A stretch of 64,000 bases of DNA from Prasinococcaceae sp. CCMP 1430 (taxonomy: Eukaryota > Plantae > Prasinodermophyta). The notes below the pieces were generated by a model. It had not been told where the DNA came from. It made no database searches and saw only the letters and a list, made by a program, of their open reading frames with translations. The translations under genes and the position numbers were made by a program. Position 1 is the first letter of the stretch. The number at the start of each line of letters is the position of its first letter. Positions 36,121 through 47,349 of this stretch are shown piece after piece. The stretch is from contig RQSC01000005.1 of the NCBI GenBank assembly GCA_013416795.1, positions 74,263 through 138,262 on the forward strand, in the 5' to 3' direction.

Positions 36121-39100
36121 ATGTCGCCCCCTCGTCGCCCCAGCGTCGCGATGCTGGCGGCGATGCTGGGGACTTCGGCGGTGCGTGTGACGCATGCAAC
36201 CCTCATGGAGGAAGTGTCCAAGCTGCTGGCCAGCGACGGCGCGGAGCGTGACTACTTCGGCGAGAGCGCGGCGCTCTCGGGCGACTACGCGCTTGTTGGT
36301 GCCCCTGGGGACGCCGACAGCGGCTCCTCCAGCGGCAGCGCGTACGTGTTCGTGCGCTCGGGGACGTCGTGGTCGCAGCAGGCCAAGCTGGTGGCCAGCG
36401 ACGCCGCAGAGCGTGACTACTTCGGCTACAGCGTGGCGCTCTCGGGCGACCACGCGCTTGTTGGTGCCCCTGCGGACTCCGACAGCGGCTCCTCCAGCGG
36501 CAGCGCGTACGTGTTCGTGCGCTCGGGAACGTCGTGGTCGCAGCAGGCCAAGCTGGTGGCCAGCGACGCCGCAGAGGATGACGACTTCGGCACCGTCGTG
36601 GCGCTCTCGGGCGACCACGCGCTGGTGGGCGCTCCTAAGGACGACGACGGCGCCAGCGACAGCGGCAGCGCGTACGTGTTCGTGCGCTCGGGGACGTCGT
36701 GGTCGCAGCAGGCCAAGCTGGTGGCCAGCGACCGCGCGGAGGATGACCGCTTCGGCTACAGCGCGGCGCTCTCGGGCGACTACGCGCTGGTGGGCGCTCC
36801 CAGGGACGACGGCGTTGGCGACGACAGCGGCAGCGCGTACGTGTTCGTGCGCTCGGGGACGTCGTGGTCGCAGCAGGCCAAGCTGGTGGCCAGCGACGCC
36901 GCAGAGCGTGACTACTTCGGCTACAGCGTGGCGCTCTCGGGCGACCACGCGCTTGTTGGTGCCCCTGCGGACTCCGACAGCGGCTCCTCCAGCGGCAGCG
37001 CGTACGTGTTCGTGCGCTCGGGAACGTCGTGGTCGCAGCAGGCCAAGCTGCTGGCCAGCGACGGCGCGGACTTTGACAACTTCGGCTACAGGGTGGCGCT
37101 CTCGGGCGACCACGCGCTGGTGGGCGCTTTTTTGGGCGAAGACGACGGCGGCTCCAAGAACGGCAGCGCGTACGTGTTCGTGCGCTCGGGGACGTCGTGG
37201 TCGCAGCAGGCCAAGCTGGCGGCCAGCGACGGCGAGGAGTATGACTACTTCGGCGGCAGCGTGGCGCTCTCGGACGACTACGCGCTGGTGGGCGCTTACT
37301 ACGACGAAACCGACAGCGGCGACGGCAGCGGCAGCGCGTACCTGTTTGAGCTTCCTCCGCCCCCTCCTCTCCCCCCCCCGAGCCCGCCTCCTCCGAGCCC
37401 GCCCCCGAGCCCGCCTCCGAGCGCGCCTCCTTCGAGCCCGCCGCCGAGCCCGCCCCCGAGCCCCCCTCCGAGCCCGCCTCCGAGCCCGCCTCCGAGCCCG
37501 CCTCCACCCTCTCCTCCGAGCCCGCCGCCGAGTCCCCCTCCGAGTCCTCCGCCGAGCCAGGTCAAGCTGCTGGCCAGCGACGCCACGGACGCTGACAACT
37601 TCGGCGTCAGCGTGGCGCTCTCGGGCGACTACGCGCTGGTGGGCGCTTATTCTGACGACGACGGCGGCTCCGCCAGCGGCGGCGCGTACGTGTTCGTGCG
37701 CTCGGGGACGTCGTGGTTGCAGCAGGCCAAGCTGGTGGCCAGCGACGCCGCAGAGCGTGACCACTTGGGCTACAGCGTGGCGCTCTCCGACGACTACGCG
37801 CTGGTGGGCGCTTATGGGGACGACGACGGCGGCGCCAAGAGCGGCAGCGCGTACGTGTACGTGCGCTCGGGGACGTCGTGGTCGCAGCAGGCCAAGCTGG
37901 TGGCCAGCGACCCCGTGGCGGATGCTTACTTCGGCTGTGCCGTGGCGCTCTCGGACGACCACGCGCTGGTGGGCGCTTTTTGGAGCGACGACAGGAACGG
38001 CAGCGCGTACGTGTTCGTGCGCTCGGGGACGTCGTGGTCGCAGCAGGCCAAGCTGGTGGCCAGCGACCGCGCGGAGGATGACCGCTTCGGCTACAGCGTG
38101 GCGCTCGTGGGCGACTACGCGCTGGTGGGCGCTCCTAATGACGACGGCGTTGGCGACGACAGCGGCAGCGCGTACCTCTTCGTGCGCTCGGGGCCGTCGT
38201 GGTCGCAGCAGGCCAAGCTGGGAGCCAGCGACGCTGCGGCGTATGACGCCTTTGGCACCAGCGTGGCGCTCTCGGGTGACCACGCGCTGGTGGGCGCTCC
38301 TAAGGACGGCGACAATGGCTTCAACAGCGGCAGCGCGTACGTGTTCGTGCGCTCGGGACCGTCGTGGTCGCAGCAGGCCAAGCTGCTGGCCAGCGACGGC
38401 GCGGCGTATGACGCCTTTGGCACCAGCGTGGCGCTCTCGGGCGACCACGCTGTGGTTGGCGTTCCTTATGACGGCGACGTCGGCGACGACAGCGGCAGCG
38501 CGTACCTGTTTGTGCGCTCGGGGCCGTCGTGGTCGCAGCAGGCCAAGCTGGGAGCCAGCGACGGCGCGGAGTATGACGCCTTCGGCACCAGCGTGGCGCT
38601 CTCGGGCGACCACGCGCTGGTGGGCGCTTATTATGACGACAACGACAGCGGCGACGACAGCGGCAGCGCGTACGTCTTTGATCTGAGCCCCTCGAGCCCG
38701 CCTCCGAGTCCACCTCTCAGCCCTCCTCGGAGTGCTCAGCCAAGCCCGCCTCCGAGCCCGCCTTCGAGCTCGCCTCCGAGCCGACCCCCAAGTCTTCCGC
38801 CGAGCCCGCCTCCGAGCTCGCCTCCGAGCCCGCCTCTGAGCTCGCCTCCGAGCCAACCGCCGAGTCCTCCGCCGAGCCCGCCTCAGAGCCCGCCTCGGAG
38901 CCCGCCTCAGACCCCGCCGCCGAGCCCGCCGCCGAGCCCGCCGCTGAGATCTCCGCTGAGAACGCCGCCGAGTTCGCCTCCGAGCCCGCCTCCTCCTCCT
39001 CCCCCGAGCGCGCCGCCTCCCCTGAGCCCATCACCACCACCACCACCACCACCACCACCACCTCCTCCTCCTCCGAGCCCGCCACCGAGCAACTCCGCGC

Positions 39101-39177
39101 GTCACAGCACCGGCGGCATCGGCGGCGGCAGCGTCGTGGTCGCCGCCGCCGCGCTGGCCGCCCTCCTCTTCCTGTGA
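36121..39177 (+). CDS. Cell-surface protein with 2 x 7 FG-GAP repeats, SPPP-rich stalks and a C-terminal hydrophobic (GPI/TM-like) tail
   Basis: 14 repeats of KLxASD..FGxSVALSGDxALVGA..SGSAYVF, two Ser-Pro linkers, N-terminal hydrophobic stretch, C-terminus VVVAAAALAALLFL. Confidence 0.9.
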   Translation: MSPPRRPSVAMLAAMLGTSAVRVTHATLMEEVSKLLASDGAERDYFGESAALSGDYALVGAPGDADSGSSSGSAYVFVRSGTSWSQQAKLVASDAAERDYFGYSVALSGDHALVGAPADSDSGSSSGSAYVFVRSGTSWSQQAKLVASDAAEDDDFGTVVALSGDHALVGAPKDDDGASDSGSAYVFVRSGTSWSQQAKLVASDRAEDDRFGYSAALSGDYALVGAPRDDGVGDDSGSAYVFVRSGTSWSQQAKLVASDAAERDYFGYSVALSGDHALVGAPADSDSGSSSGSAYVFVRSGTSWSQQAKLLASDGADFDNFGYRVALSGDHALVGAFLGEDDGGSKNGSAYVFVRSGTSWSQQAKLAASDGEEYDYFGGSVALSDDYALVGAYYDETDSGDGSGSAYLFELPPPPPLPPPSPPPPSPPPSPPPSAPPSSPPPSPPPSPPPSPPPSPPPSPPPPSPPSPPPSPPPSPPPSQVKLLASDATDADNFGVSVALSGDYALVGAYSDDDGGSASGGAYVFVRSGTSWLQQAKLVASDAAERDHLGYSVALSDDYALVGAYGDDDGGAKSGSAYVYVRSGTSWSQQAKLVASDPVADAYFGCAVALSDDHALVGAFWSDDRNGSAYVFVRSGTSWSQQAKLVASDRAEDDRFGYSVALVGDYALVGAPNDDGVGDDSGSAYLFVRSGPSWSQQAKLGASDAAAYDAFGTSVALSGDHALVGAPKDGDNGFNSGSAYVFVRSGPSWSQQAKLLASDGAAYDAFGTSVALSGDHAVVGVPYDGDVGDDSGSAYLFVRSGPSWSQQAKLGASDGAEYDAFGTSVALSGDHALVGAYYDDNDSGDDSGSAYVFDLSPSSPPPSPPLSPPRSAQPSPPPSPPSSSPPSRPPSLPPSPPPSSPPSPPLSSPPSQPPSPPPSPPQSPPRSPPQTPPPSPPPSPPLRSPLRTPPSSPPSPPPPPPPSAPPPLSPSPPPPPPPPPPPPPPSPPPSNSARHSTGGIGGGSVVVAAAALAALLFL
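36220..38680 (+). repeat. Coding tandem repeat, ~165-bp unit, two blocks of seven
   Basis: AAGCTGGTGGCCAGCGAC recurs at 36385, 36550, 36715 and 36880 (165-bp period). Confidence 0.93.
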
Positions 39178-39521
39178 CTACGACTTCCCCTACGACGTTG
39201 CCGACACTCGTACTGTAATCGCACCCTTTGCAGCCGACACCCGTGCGCTGCAGATGCTGCACACACGCCGCGGCGCGGGTGTGGCCGCGCGCCGCGGCAT
39301 GGGTGTCAAGTTTTGGTACACACGCGCGCTACGCAACCTCGCGCTTGCGTCTTCTCGTACTGTGATTGCACCCTTAGCAGTAGGTACGCTTAGTCTCACA
39401 GGCTTGGAACACCACTCTATTTGTGGCAGCGCACTAGGTCTATGTGCGCAGCTTGCGTGGCGTGACCGGCGCTTACATACTACGCGCGCGCGGACTCTCA
39501 CAACTCCAACGTGCCAAGGCT

Positions 39522-40277
39522 NNNNNNNNNNNNNNNNNNNNNNNNNNNNNNNNNNNNNNNNNNNNNNNNNNNNNNNNNNNNNNNNNNNNNNNNNNNNNNN
39601 NNNNNNNNNNNNNNNNNNNNNNNNNNNNNNNNNNNNNNNNNNNNNNNNNNNNNNNNNNNNNNNNNNNNNNNNNNNNNNNNNNNNNNNNNNNNNNNNNNNN
39701 NNNNNNNNNNNNNNNNNNNNNNNNNNNNNNNNNNNNNNNNNNNNNNNNNNNNNNNNNNNNNNNNNNNNNNNNNNNNNNNNNNNNNNNNNNNNNNNNNNNN
39801 NNNNNNNNNNNNNNNNNNNNNNNNNNNNNNNNNNNNNNNNNNNNNNNNNNNNNNNNNNNNNNNNNNNNNNNNNNNNNNNNNNNNNNNNNNNNNNNNNNNN
39901 NNNNNNNNNNNNNNNNNNNNNNNNNNNNNNNNNNNNNNNNNNNNNNNNNNNNNNNNNNNNNNNNNNNNNNNNNNNNNNNNNNNNNNNNNNNNNNNNNNNN
40001 NNNNNNNNNNNNNNNNNNNNNNNNNNNNNNNNNNNNNNNNNNNNNNNNNNNNNNNNNNNNNNNNNNNNNNNNNNNNNNNNNNNNNNNNNNNNNNNNNNNN
40101 NNNNNNNNNNNNNNNNNNNNNNNNNNNNNNNNNNNNNNNNNNNNNNNNNNNNNNNNNNNNNNNNNNNNNNNNNNNNNNNNNNNNNNNNNNNNNNNNNNNN
40201 NNNNNNNNNNNNNNNNNNNNNNNNNNNNNNNNNNNNNNNNNNNNNNNNNNNNNNNNNNNNNNNNNNNNNNNNNNNNN
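39522..40277. other. Assembly gap
   Basis: Run of N. Confidence 0.99.
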
Positions 40278-41236
40278 GGGAGGGCGCGATGGGCCGTCGG
40301 CTCGTCCGGTGGTCGGTCCGCGCCGTGCAGCGCCCGCGCGCCCCGTTATGGCGCGGCTCGTAGGCGGCGCGGCACGCCGGCAGCGCTGTGAGAGGACCGG
40401 GGAGGGTTCGAGGTGCGTCCGCGTCCGCGCCCGTGGCGGCTGTGCGCGCGGCGAGGCGAACGCACCGTCAGGGAGAGGAAGGTGCCACCATCACGCAGCC
40501 GGTGTCTACGTCCTCGCGTGCGCTCGTGTACTCGCGCATACGCATACACACAGGGGGGGCAAATGATGAAAAAGTTTGCTATTCTACACGAGATTGCTGA
40601 GGGCCACTTGGCCCTGTGCAGATACTCTGAAACTTATGCTCATCTTGTACGTCAGCCTGCCAGCCGCCCATCCCCACCTGCATGCACGCAAGCGCGCGCA
40701 CGCACCCACCCACCCACGCATGTACACGCACGTGCACACACACAGGCGCACAGCCGCATGCAGCGAGTGCTGACGGCAGTGGGCGCTCTCCCTCACCTTA
40801 CTTCGGCACACGCAGAGGAGCTGATGTTCCCCCGTCGACAACGCAACCGCCGATGCACGCTGCCGAGCACCGAGTGCTCTGAATGCTGACACGTGCTCGC
40901 CCACGCCGCGCAGGTCTTTGCCACCTCCAACTCCACCCGGTGTGTATCCACACCGCCCATAGCTCGATCGCACTCACCTCAACTCCTGCGCGCCTGGCTA
41001 GGCTAGGCGCCCCCACGGTTGCCGTGGCCGTGTCGCAGCAAATGTTTGGTTACGTGTCCGTTGATTTCGCACGGCGCAATCGCCCGGTGGTCGGCATTCA
41101 GGGCGACATGGGGCGCGCGCGCGAAAAATGTTCGATGCCTAGTACACCCCGCAGCTGCAGCACCCCTCGCGCTTCCGCCTGCCCACCGCAGTATAATAAA
41201 GTTTTCCCTGCTCCGTCGCGACGTGATGCGACAAAT

Positions 41237-42865
41237 TTAGTCCCAGCCGCCGCCACCGCCGTAGCCGCCGCCGCCGTAGCCACCACCGCCGTAGCCACCG
41301 CCACCGCCGTAGCCACCGCCGCCGCCGCCGTAGCCACCGCCGCCACCGCCGCCACCGCCACCGCCATAGCGCGCGTCGGTGCCTCCGAAATTTCCGCCGC
41401 GCCTTCCGCCGCCACCCCCGCCACGCCTGCGGCCCCCCCCGCCGCCGCCGAAGCCGCTCCGCGCGGCGAAGTTGGTGAGCCAGCCTGGCACCTCCTGGTT
41501 CGCCTCCGCCATGAGCTCTGCCAGCGCGCGCGCAATGCCAACGTCCTTGTCGGTGAACAGCGCGGTAGCGAGGCCCTGCTTGCCCGCGCGGCCGGTACGG
41601 CCGATGCGATGGGTGTAGTCCGAGATGTCGCTCGGCAGATCGTAGTTGATGACGTGCTTCACGTTGGGGATGTCGAGGCCGCGGGCCGCGACGTCGGTGG
41701 CCACCAGGTACGGGGTCTGACCCGAGCGGAAGGTCTTCAGCGCCCACTCGCGCTCCTGCTGCGTGCGGTCGCCGTGGATGGACGTCGCCGGCAGGCCCGA
41801 CCGCGAGAGCCAGTCCTCGAGCGTGTCCGCGCCGCGCTTCGTCTCCACGAAGATGAGGGTGAGGCCCTCGACCGTGTGCAGCAGGTCCACAAGCATGCCG
41901 CGCTTGTCGTGCGGCTGCACGTACTCCACGTGCTGCACGATGAGGTCCGTCGACGAGCCGACGCGGCCGACCGCGAGGAACACATAGTTGCCCATGAAGT
42001 CCTGCGCGAGGCGCTGGATCTCCTTCGGGAACGTCGCCGAGAAGAGCATGGTCTGACGCTGGCCGACGGGCGGCATGTCCTCGCCGTCGACGATGCGGCG
42101 GATCTGCGGCTCGAAGCCCATGTCCAGCATGCGATCGGCCTCGTCCATGATGAGGAACATGACGCGGGCCAGCGACACGCGCGCGCGCTCCATGAGGTCG
42201 GAGAGGCGGCCCGGGGTGGCCACCAGGATGTCGCAGCCGCGCTCGATCTCGCGCAGCTGCAGGCCGACCGGCGCGCCGCCGTAGCACACGACGGGGCGGA
42301 GCCCGGTCTCCCAGCAGAACTTGCGCGCCTCCTCCTGGATCTGGCTCGCGAGCTCGCGCGTCGGCGAGAGCACAAGCGCGTAGGGGAACGCCTTGCGGCC
42401 ACGAGGGCCCGGCGGAGGGTTGTTGCGCAGCAGGGTGGCGATCATCGGGAAGCAGAACGCCGCCGTTTTGCCCGAGCCGGTCTGCGCGCACGCCATGAGG
42501 TCGCGGCCGGAGCACGCGATCGGGATCGAGTGCCTCTGGACGGGGGTGGGCTTCTTGTACTTGCAGCGCTGCGCGTTGAGGTACAGCGCGGGGCCGAGCA
42601 GCTCCTTCGCCTCCTCGAAGGTCTCGATGGCGGCCGGCGGCTCCTCCTCGCCGGGCGGCGCGGTCACCTCGACCGGGATGTCCTCGTACGCGTCGAAGTT
42701 GATGCCGGTGTTCTCGCCGCCGAAGACCTCCTCCTCATCGCCTTCGTCCCTGCCCTGGTTGGCGAAGGGGTTCTCATCGCGCGAGCCCCAGCCGCCGCGG
42801 CGGCGCTCGCCGCCGTACCCGCCGCCGCCGCCGCCGTACCCGCCGCTGCCGCCGTACCGCGACAT
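41237..42865 (-). CDS. DED1: DEAD-box RNA helicase, DDX3/Ded1 subfamily
   Basis: [66 protein letters not shown], Gly/Tyr-rich termini. Confidence 0.95.
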   Translation of the reverse strand: MSRYGGSGGYGGGGGGYGGERRRGGWGSRDENPFANQGRDEGDEEEVFGGENTGINFDAYEDIPVEVTAPPGEEEPPAAIETFEEAKELLGPALYLNAQRCKYKKPTPVQRHSIPIACSGRDLMACAQTGSGKTAAFCFPMIATLLRNNPPPGPRGRKAFPYALVLSPTRELASQIQEEARKFCWETGLRPVVCYGGAPVGLQLREIERGCDILVATPGRLSDLMERARVSLARVMFLIMDEADRMLDMGFEPQIRRIVDGEDMPPVGQRQTMLFSATFPKEIQRLAQDFMGNYVFLAVGRVGSSTDLIVQHVEYVQPHDKRGMLVDLLHTVEGLTLIFVETKRGADTLEDWLSRSGLPATSIHGDRTQQEREWALKTFRSGQTPYLVATDVAARGLDIPNVKHVINYDLPSDISDYTHRIGRTGRAGKQGLATALFTDKDVGIARALAELMAEANQEVPGWLTNFAARSGFGGGGGGRRRGGGGGGRRGGNFGGTDARYGGGGGGGGGGGYGGGGGGYGGGGGYGGGGYGGGGYGGGGGWD

Positions 42866-43443
42866 GGCCCCCTCCGCGTCGCTCGCTGCGTGTGGCACGT
42901 CCTCCTGCCCCCCTCTCCCCCCCACACGCGCGTCGCCCCCCGCGCGTCGCCCGCCGCGCCCCCGCGCGCGCGCTGTGGTATTTTCCGCGCGCGGCGGCGC
43001 CCGCACCGACGCGACATCGATCGATCGCGACAGCGACAGCGCGTCGTCGGGCGGAATCGAATCGGAATCCGCGCGCTCGCTCGCGCGCGCGCGCGCACTC
43101 GCCCCACCCACCATTCGATGCGATCACCGCGACGCGGCGCGCGCGCGCTTGCGCACGGCCGGGGGGGGTGTTCTGGCAGCTCACCATCGAGCTTGGTGAT
43201 GCCCGCGAGAAAGGTGTTGTAGGCGTTCACCGANGGCGAGCGCGCGTGCGAGCACGCGCACTTCGCCTCGGCGGCGGCCGTCGCAGGGGCCGGGGCGGAC
43301 GGGGGCCGCGGCGCATGGGAGGCCCAGCTGTCCGAGGAGATGCTACTGTCTTCAGCGCGGCGCCGTTGTGCGCCGCGGTGCGGCGCCGGGGTGCCGCGCG
43401 GACAAGCAGAGAGTTCGATTGCTCATTAATTTACGCGCGTCTC

Positions 43444-46400
43444 TCAGCCGTCGAGTTCCGCGTAGCAAACGTGCGCACGCCTGCGGCGCCCGGCAAGCAC
43501 CAGACCGTTGTCGGTACCTGCCGCGCCAGCCGTGCCACCGCCGCCGCGACCTGCCGCCTTCCGGGCGACGTCCTCGAGTGCCCTTGCTAGCCGCCTGTGG
43601 CGCTTGCGCTTGGACGCTGCCAGCCTGCTGGCGAGCACGGTCGCCGCCTCTGCCGTCGTCGCCAGGGTCTGCCAGCACGAGTCCGTGGCATACATGCCCT
43701 TTATCTCCTTCGCGCTGGCCTCGGCGAGCATGCGCTCGGAACACTCGGGGCAGTACCAGTCCCCCACCGGAATTTTGCGCAAGCCGGCGCAGTCGAAGTG
43801 GCACTCCTTCCCGCAGCCCGACTGCCCCTTGGCATCGCCGCAGATGAGAATTTCATGCAGCCTCTCCGCGCTTCCACACTTGTAGCAGCCTTGGCCTTGG
43901 CCCGTCGTCACGCAGCCGTTCTCGACGAGATGCCCCTGGAGCGCTTCCATTGCGATCCGCTTGCACGGCCCTGCCGAATTTCCCTTGTACACCGTGAGCG
44001 CGTAGCGAAGCCGCTTGGCCACGTCCTCGGGCGGCGGTGGGTCACAGCGGAGAGCGGACTGAATGCCAGACCGAATGCCACCACCCGCGTTGAGCCGCAT
44101 GTCAGCCTTGACCATTTGCAGTACCTTGACCCACTCGAGCGAAAGCACGGCACTCGCGTGCGCGCTCAGGTAGCTGCCACCATCGCCCCCGTCGCCCCCG
44201 TCGCTCCCGGTCGGCGCCCCATCTTCCCCACCAGCGCCGCGAAGTGATTCGCAGATAGGCGCAGGCGCATCAGCGCCTTCGTCGCCAGCGGTTGGGTTTG
44301 TTTCTCTCTGTTTGTCAGACGCCCCTTGCTTCTCGGCGCGTGCCTGCGCGTGCGAGGGCGGAAGCGGCTTATCCTCAGTAGCATGCACGCTCGCTTCCTG
44401 CGTTGGACCAGTGGTAGCCAGCGGATGAGGGGGCACGTTCGACCGCCCGTCGCCTGCCACGGTCGTCGACCGCGGCGCAGCCACATCGTAGAGCGCTTCT
44501 CCCGCGCCGCCAGGCGCCACAGCCACGGCAGCGGCCGCGGCCGCGGCCGCCTGCTCGGCGCGTGCGCGCTGCTCGCGTTCCTCGCGCGCCCTCGCCGCCG
44601 ACTGCATCGCCTTGAGCGCGTCGGCGCGCGCCTTGGCAGCGACGGCAGCTGCCGCAGTGCGCTCAGCAGCGCGCTCGGCGGCGGATTTGATAATGAGCAC
44701 GCCCTCCTCGTCGGTGGCGCCGGGCGGCACGAGTTGCCGGCACACGCGCACGTCATCGCCGAAGCTGAAGTCGTACCACACCGAGCCATCCACGCTCTCG
44801 CCCAGGACTGGCATGCGGGGATCAATCTCATCGGTGGTTGGCGCCTGCGTCGATCCGCGCCAGTCCTTCGGCCTGCCCGACGGCTTGGCATAGATGGCGG
44901 ACATCACACCGCGGAGCGCGTCGCTGGTGGCCCACTCCTCACACAGCGCCAGCAGCAGTTTCGCACGCGTTCGAAGCGGCAAATCAGAGTAGTCAAGCGA
45001 CGCATCGCCGAACCAGCCGCCCTGGGTGGTGTGCACCGGCCCGCCGCCGAACAGGGGGAGCTTGCGCCCGCTCGCCCACTGGACGAGCAGCGTCTCCCAG
45101 CGCGTCGAGACCTCGCGCAACGGCTTGCCCGCGAGGTCGTACTGTAGCAGGCGATAATGCAACTCGGAAAGTGTGGCGGAGCGGCGCTTAGGGTAGTAGC
45201 AGAAGGCCTTCTCGAGCTCGGCGAGGCTGGCCGCCTTGGCAGGAAGGTTGAGCACGGTGCCGAAGGCGCGCGCGAAGCATGCGATTGCCGCGAGCTCGTA
45301 GCAGCGCTCGGCCACGGCCTCAATAGCCTCCTCCTCGGGATCGCCGAAGATCGGGAGGGGCACAAACCGCTCGGTGAAGGGCTCTCCGTCCGACTCGGAC
45401 TCGCTCTCCGGCTCGGGAGGCGGTGCTGGCTCACCCGTCTTCGAGCCTGCCGAGCGGCGGCGGCTCGAGCCCCCTTCGCCGCCGGAGGAGCGCGCCGCGC
45501 CCTTAGCCTTCTTCTCCCCCGTCGCTCCCCGCGGGCCACCGCCCTTGCCCGCTGGCGCGGCCTTCTCAGCCTTGCGCTTCTTTGGAGGCGGAGGCTTGCG
45601 ATAGAAAGGGCCGACGACGGTCGGCTGGCCGTGGATGCCCGCCCCGTTCTGCAAGGCGCGTGCGGTCAGCAGATGCATCGCTGCGTGACCTCGCGCGACG
45701 ATTTGAGCACGGGCGCGCGCATGTGCGCACCTTCCCCCAGATCTTCTTGAAGGCGAGCTCGGCCTCGTCGCACGCGGCATTGACGTCTTCCGTCCGCGGG
45801 TTGAAGGTGCGGCAGTTCGCCCATATGCGCGAGACGTCGGCAAGGAGCTCCGCTGCGCAGGTGTACTCGCATCGTTCAAGCTTCGCCGCTGCGCGCATAC
45901 ACGTGTGCGAGCGGGAGCGAGAGCGCGAGACGCAGAGAGAGAGAGAGAAAAATGGAGAGCCGTCAGCTCAGCACGGGTGGCCGCGGTAGTGCGAGAGGCA
46001 CGTGCAAACGTGGCATGTACTTGTGCATGCGCGCGCGCGCGCGCATGGGCGCGCACGGTGCTCGCACATGCGGTGTGCGACACCCGCCATCGCACGCACG
46101 CTGTTCCGTGGCAGAGACGGCAACGCACCAATCTCCGACAGACAGATGGGGTCCTTGACGACCTCTGCGTACCCGGGTAGCTCGCTGACGTCCACCGGGT
46201 CGTTGAAGAACGCGAGGCACGCGCTGTGCTCCATCGTGAGGCGCAGGACACGCCTCGTGAGGCGCTCCCACGCCGGCCGCTTCGCCGGCGGCGCGGCAGC
46301 CACCGGTCGCGCACGCCGCGCGGGATTTTTTCTCGCACCCCGCGCAGGGAGGGCGCGCGCCCGCTCAGCGCGTGCGCCATCCGCGGCGCGGGGGGAAAAA

Positions 46401-46534
46401 CAGCTCCGAGGCGCCCACGCGCCCACGCCGGAACCGCCCGCGCGTGCGCCCTCGCCCTCGCGCGGGGCACTGTGGCGCCCGCCCCGCACCCCCGCGCCCC
46501 ACACCTCACGCCACCACGACAGGCCCGCACTCAT
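43444..46534 (-). CDS. Chromatin protein: bromodomain, DDT/WHIM-like region, MBD9-like motif, PHD finger (introns 46128-45889, 45730-45649; start uncertain)
   Basis: Bromodomain FFNDPVDVSELPGYAEVVKDPICLSEI|AAKL..Y..DVSRIWANCRTFN. WHIM1-like YSDLPLRTRAKLLLALCE. PHD CYKC..ILIC..C..HFDC..IPVGDWYCPEC. Confidence 0.82.
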
Positions 46535-46695
46535 AGCCCATCGCGAAAACCCAAACCCTATCTTAAATCCCAGACAATCCCCCAAACATCCCAATCTCGA
46601 AGCACGACTTCGCACGGCAACCCTAACCCAACGTCCCCCCAAACACCCACGTGCGGCGGCGACCCTTTTTTTTTTTTTTTTAATACTGTACTGTA

Positions 46696-47026
46696 CGTCA
46701 GAACGCATGCATTTGCGTACCCACATACAAACGCATGCATTTGCTTCCATACAGTATGTACGGCGGGACTCCCGTGCGGTAGATCACAACGCAGGCGCTC
46801 TTTTGATTGAGATTATCACGCGCTTTTTCCAGGGGAAAATGCGGCGAAAAAAAGCGCACGTCAGAACGCATGCTTTTGCGCACGCACATAAAAAAGCATG
46901 CATTTGCGTATGTCCGGCGGGACTCCTGTGCGGTATATCAGAACGCAGGCGCTCTTTTGATTGAGGTTTTCACCCTTTTTTTTCCGTGGGGAAATGCGGC
47001 CGAAAAAAAGCGCACGTCAGAATGCA
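46696..47026. repeat. AT-rich tandem duplication, ~160-bp unit (2 copies plus the start of a third)
   Basis: CGTCAGAA at ~46696, 46859 and 47015. Shared blocks CGGCGGGACTCC, AACGCAGGCGCTCTTTTGATTGAG and GAAAAAAAGCGCACGTCAGAA. Confidence 0.88.
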
Positions 47027-47349
47027 GGCAATGTTTTAGATTTTTTTGGGGGTGGCGTTTTTGGGTGTGTTTGTGTGGCCCTCGAAGCCCTCGCGGCGGC
47101 TGCGGCCGCCACAGCGCGCGCGCCCGAACGCCGCCCTCGGCCGATTGAGAGGCGCGCAGAGGTCTGTGCGGAGGGCGCCCGGCGCCCACCGCTCATCAGC
47201 CACCGCCGAGCCTCCACGCCACCCGGCGCCCCCGAAACACAGGAGCTGCAGGCCGCGGCGCTCGACAGGGAGGCCGCGCTCGCCCCGGCAGCAGCAGGAC
47301 TCCGCCGACGCCGAAGCGTTGCTCGACAGAAGCAGCAGCGCCTAGGCCG

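Noticed and set aside
36220-38680. Regular repeats with variable intervals resembling a CRISPR array
   Set aside because: The units are in-frame 55-codon protein repeats, the variable parts are homologous loops, the context is eukaryotic and there are no cas genes.
35845-38856. 1003-aa antisense ORF and 830-aa alternative-frame ORF over the FG-GAP gene
   Set aside because: These are shadows of a GC-rich repeat in which one stop-free unit is propagated. The translations are Arg-rich with no domain sense.
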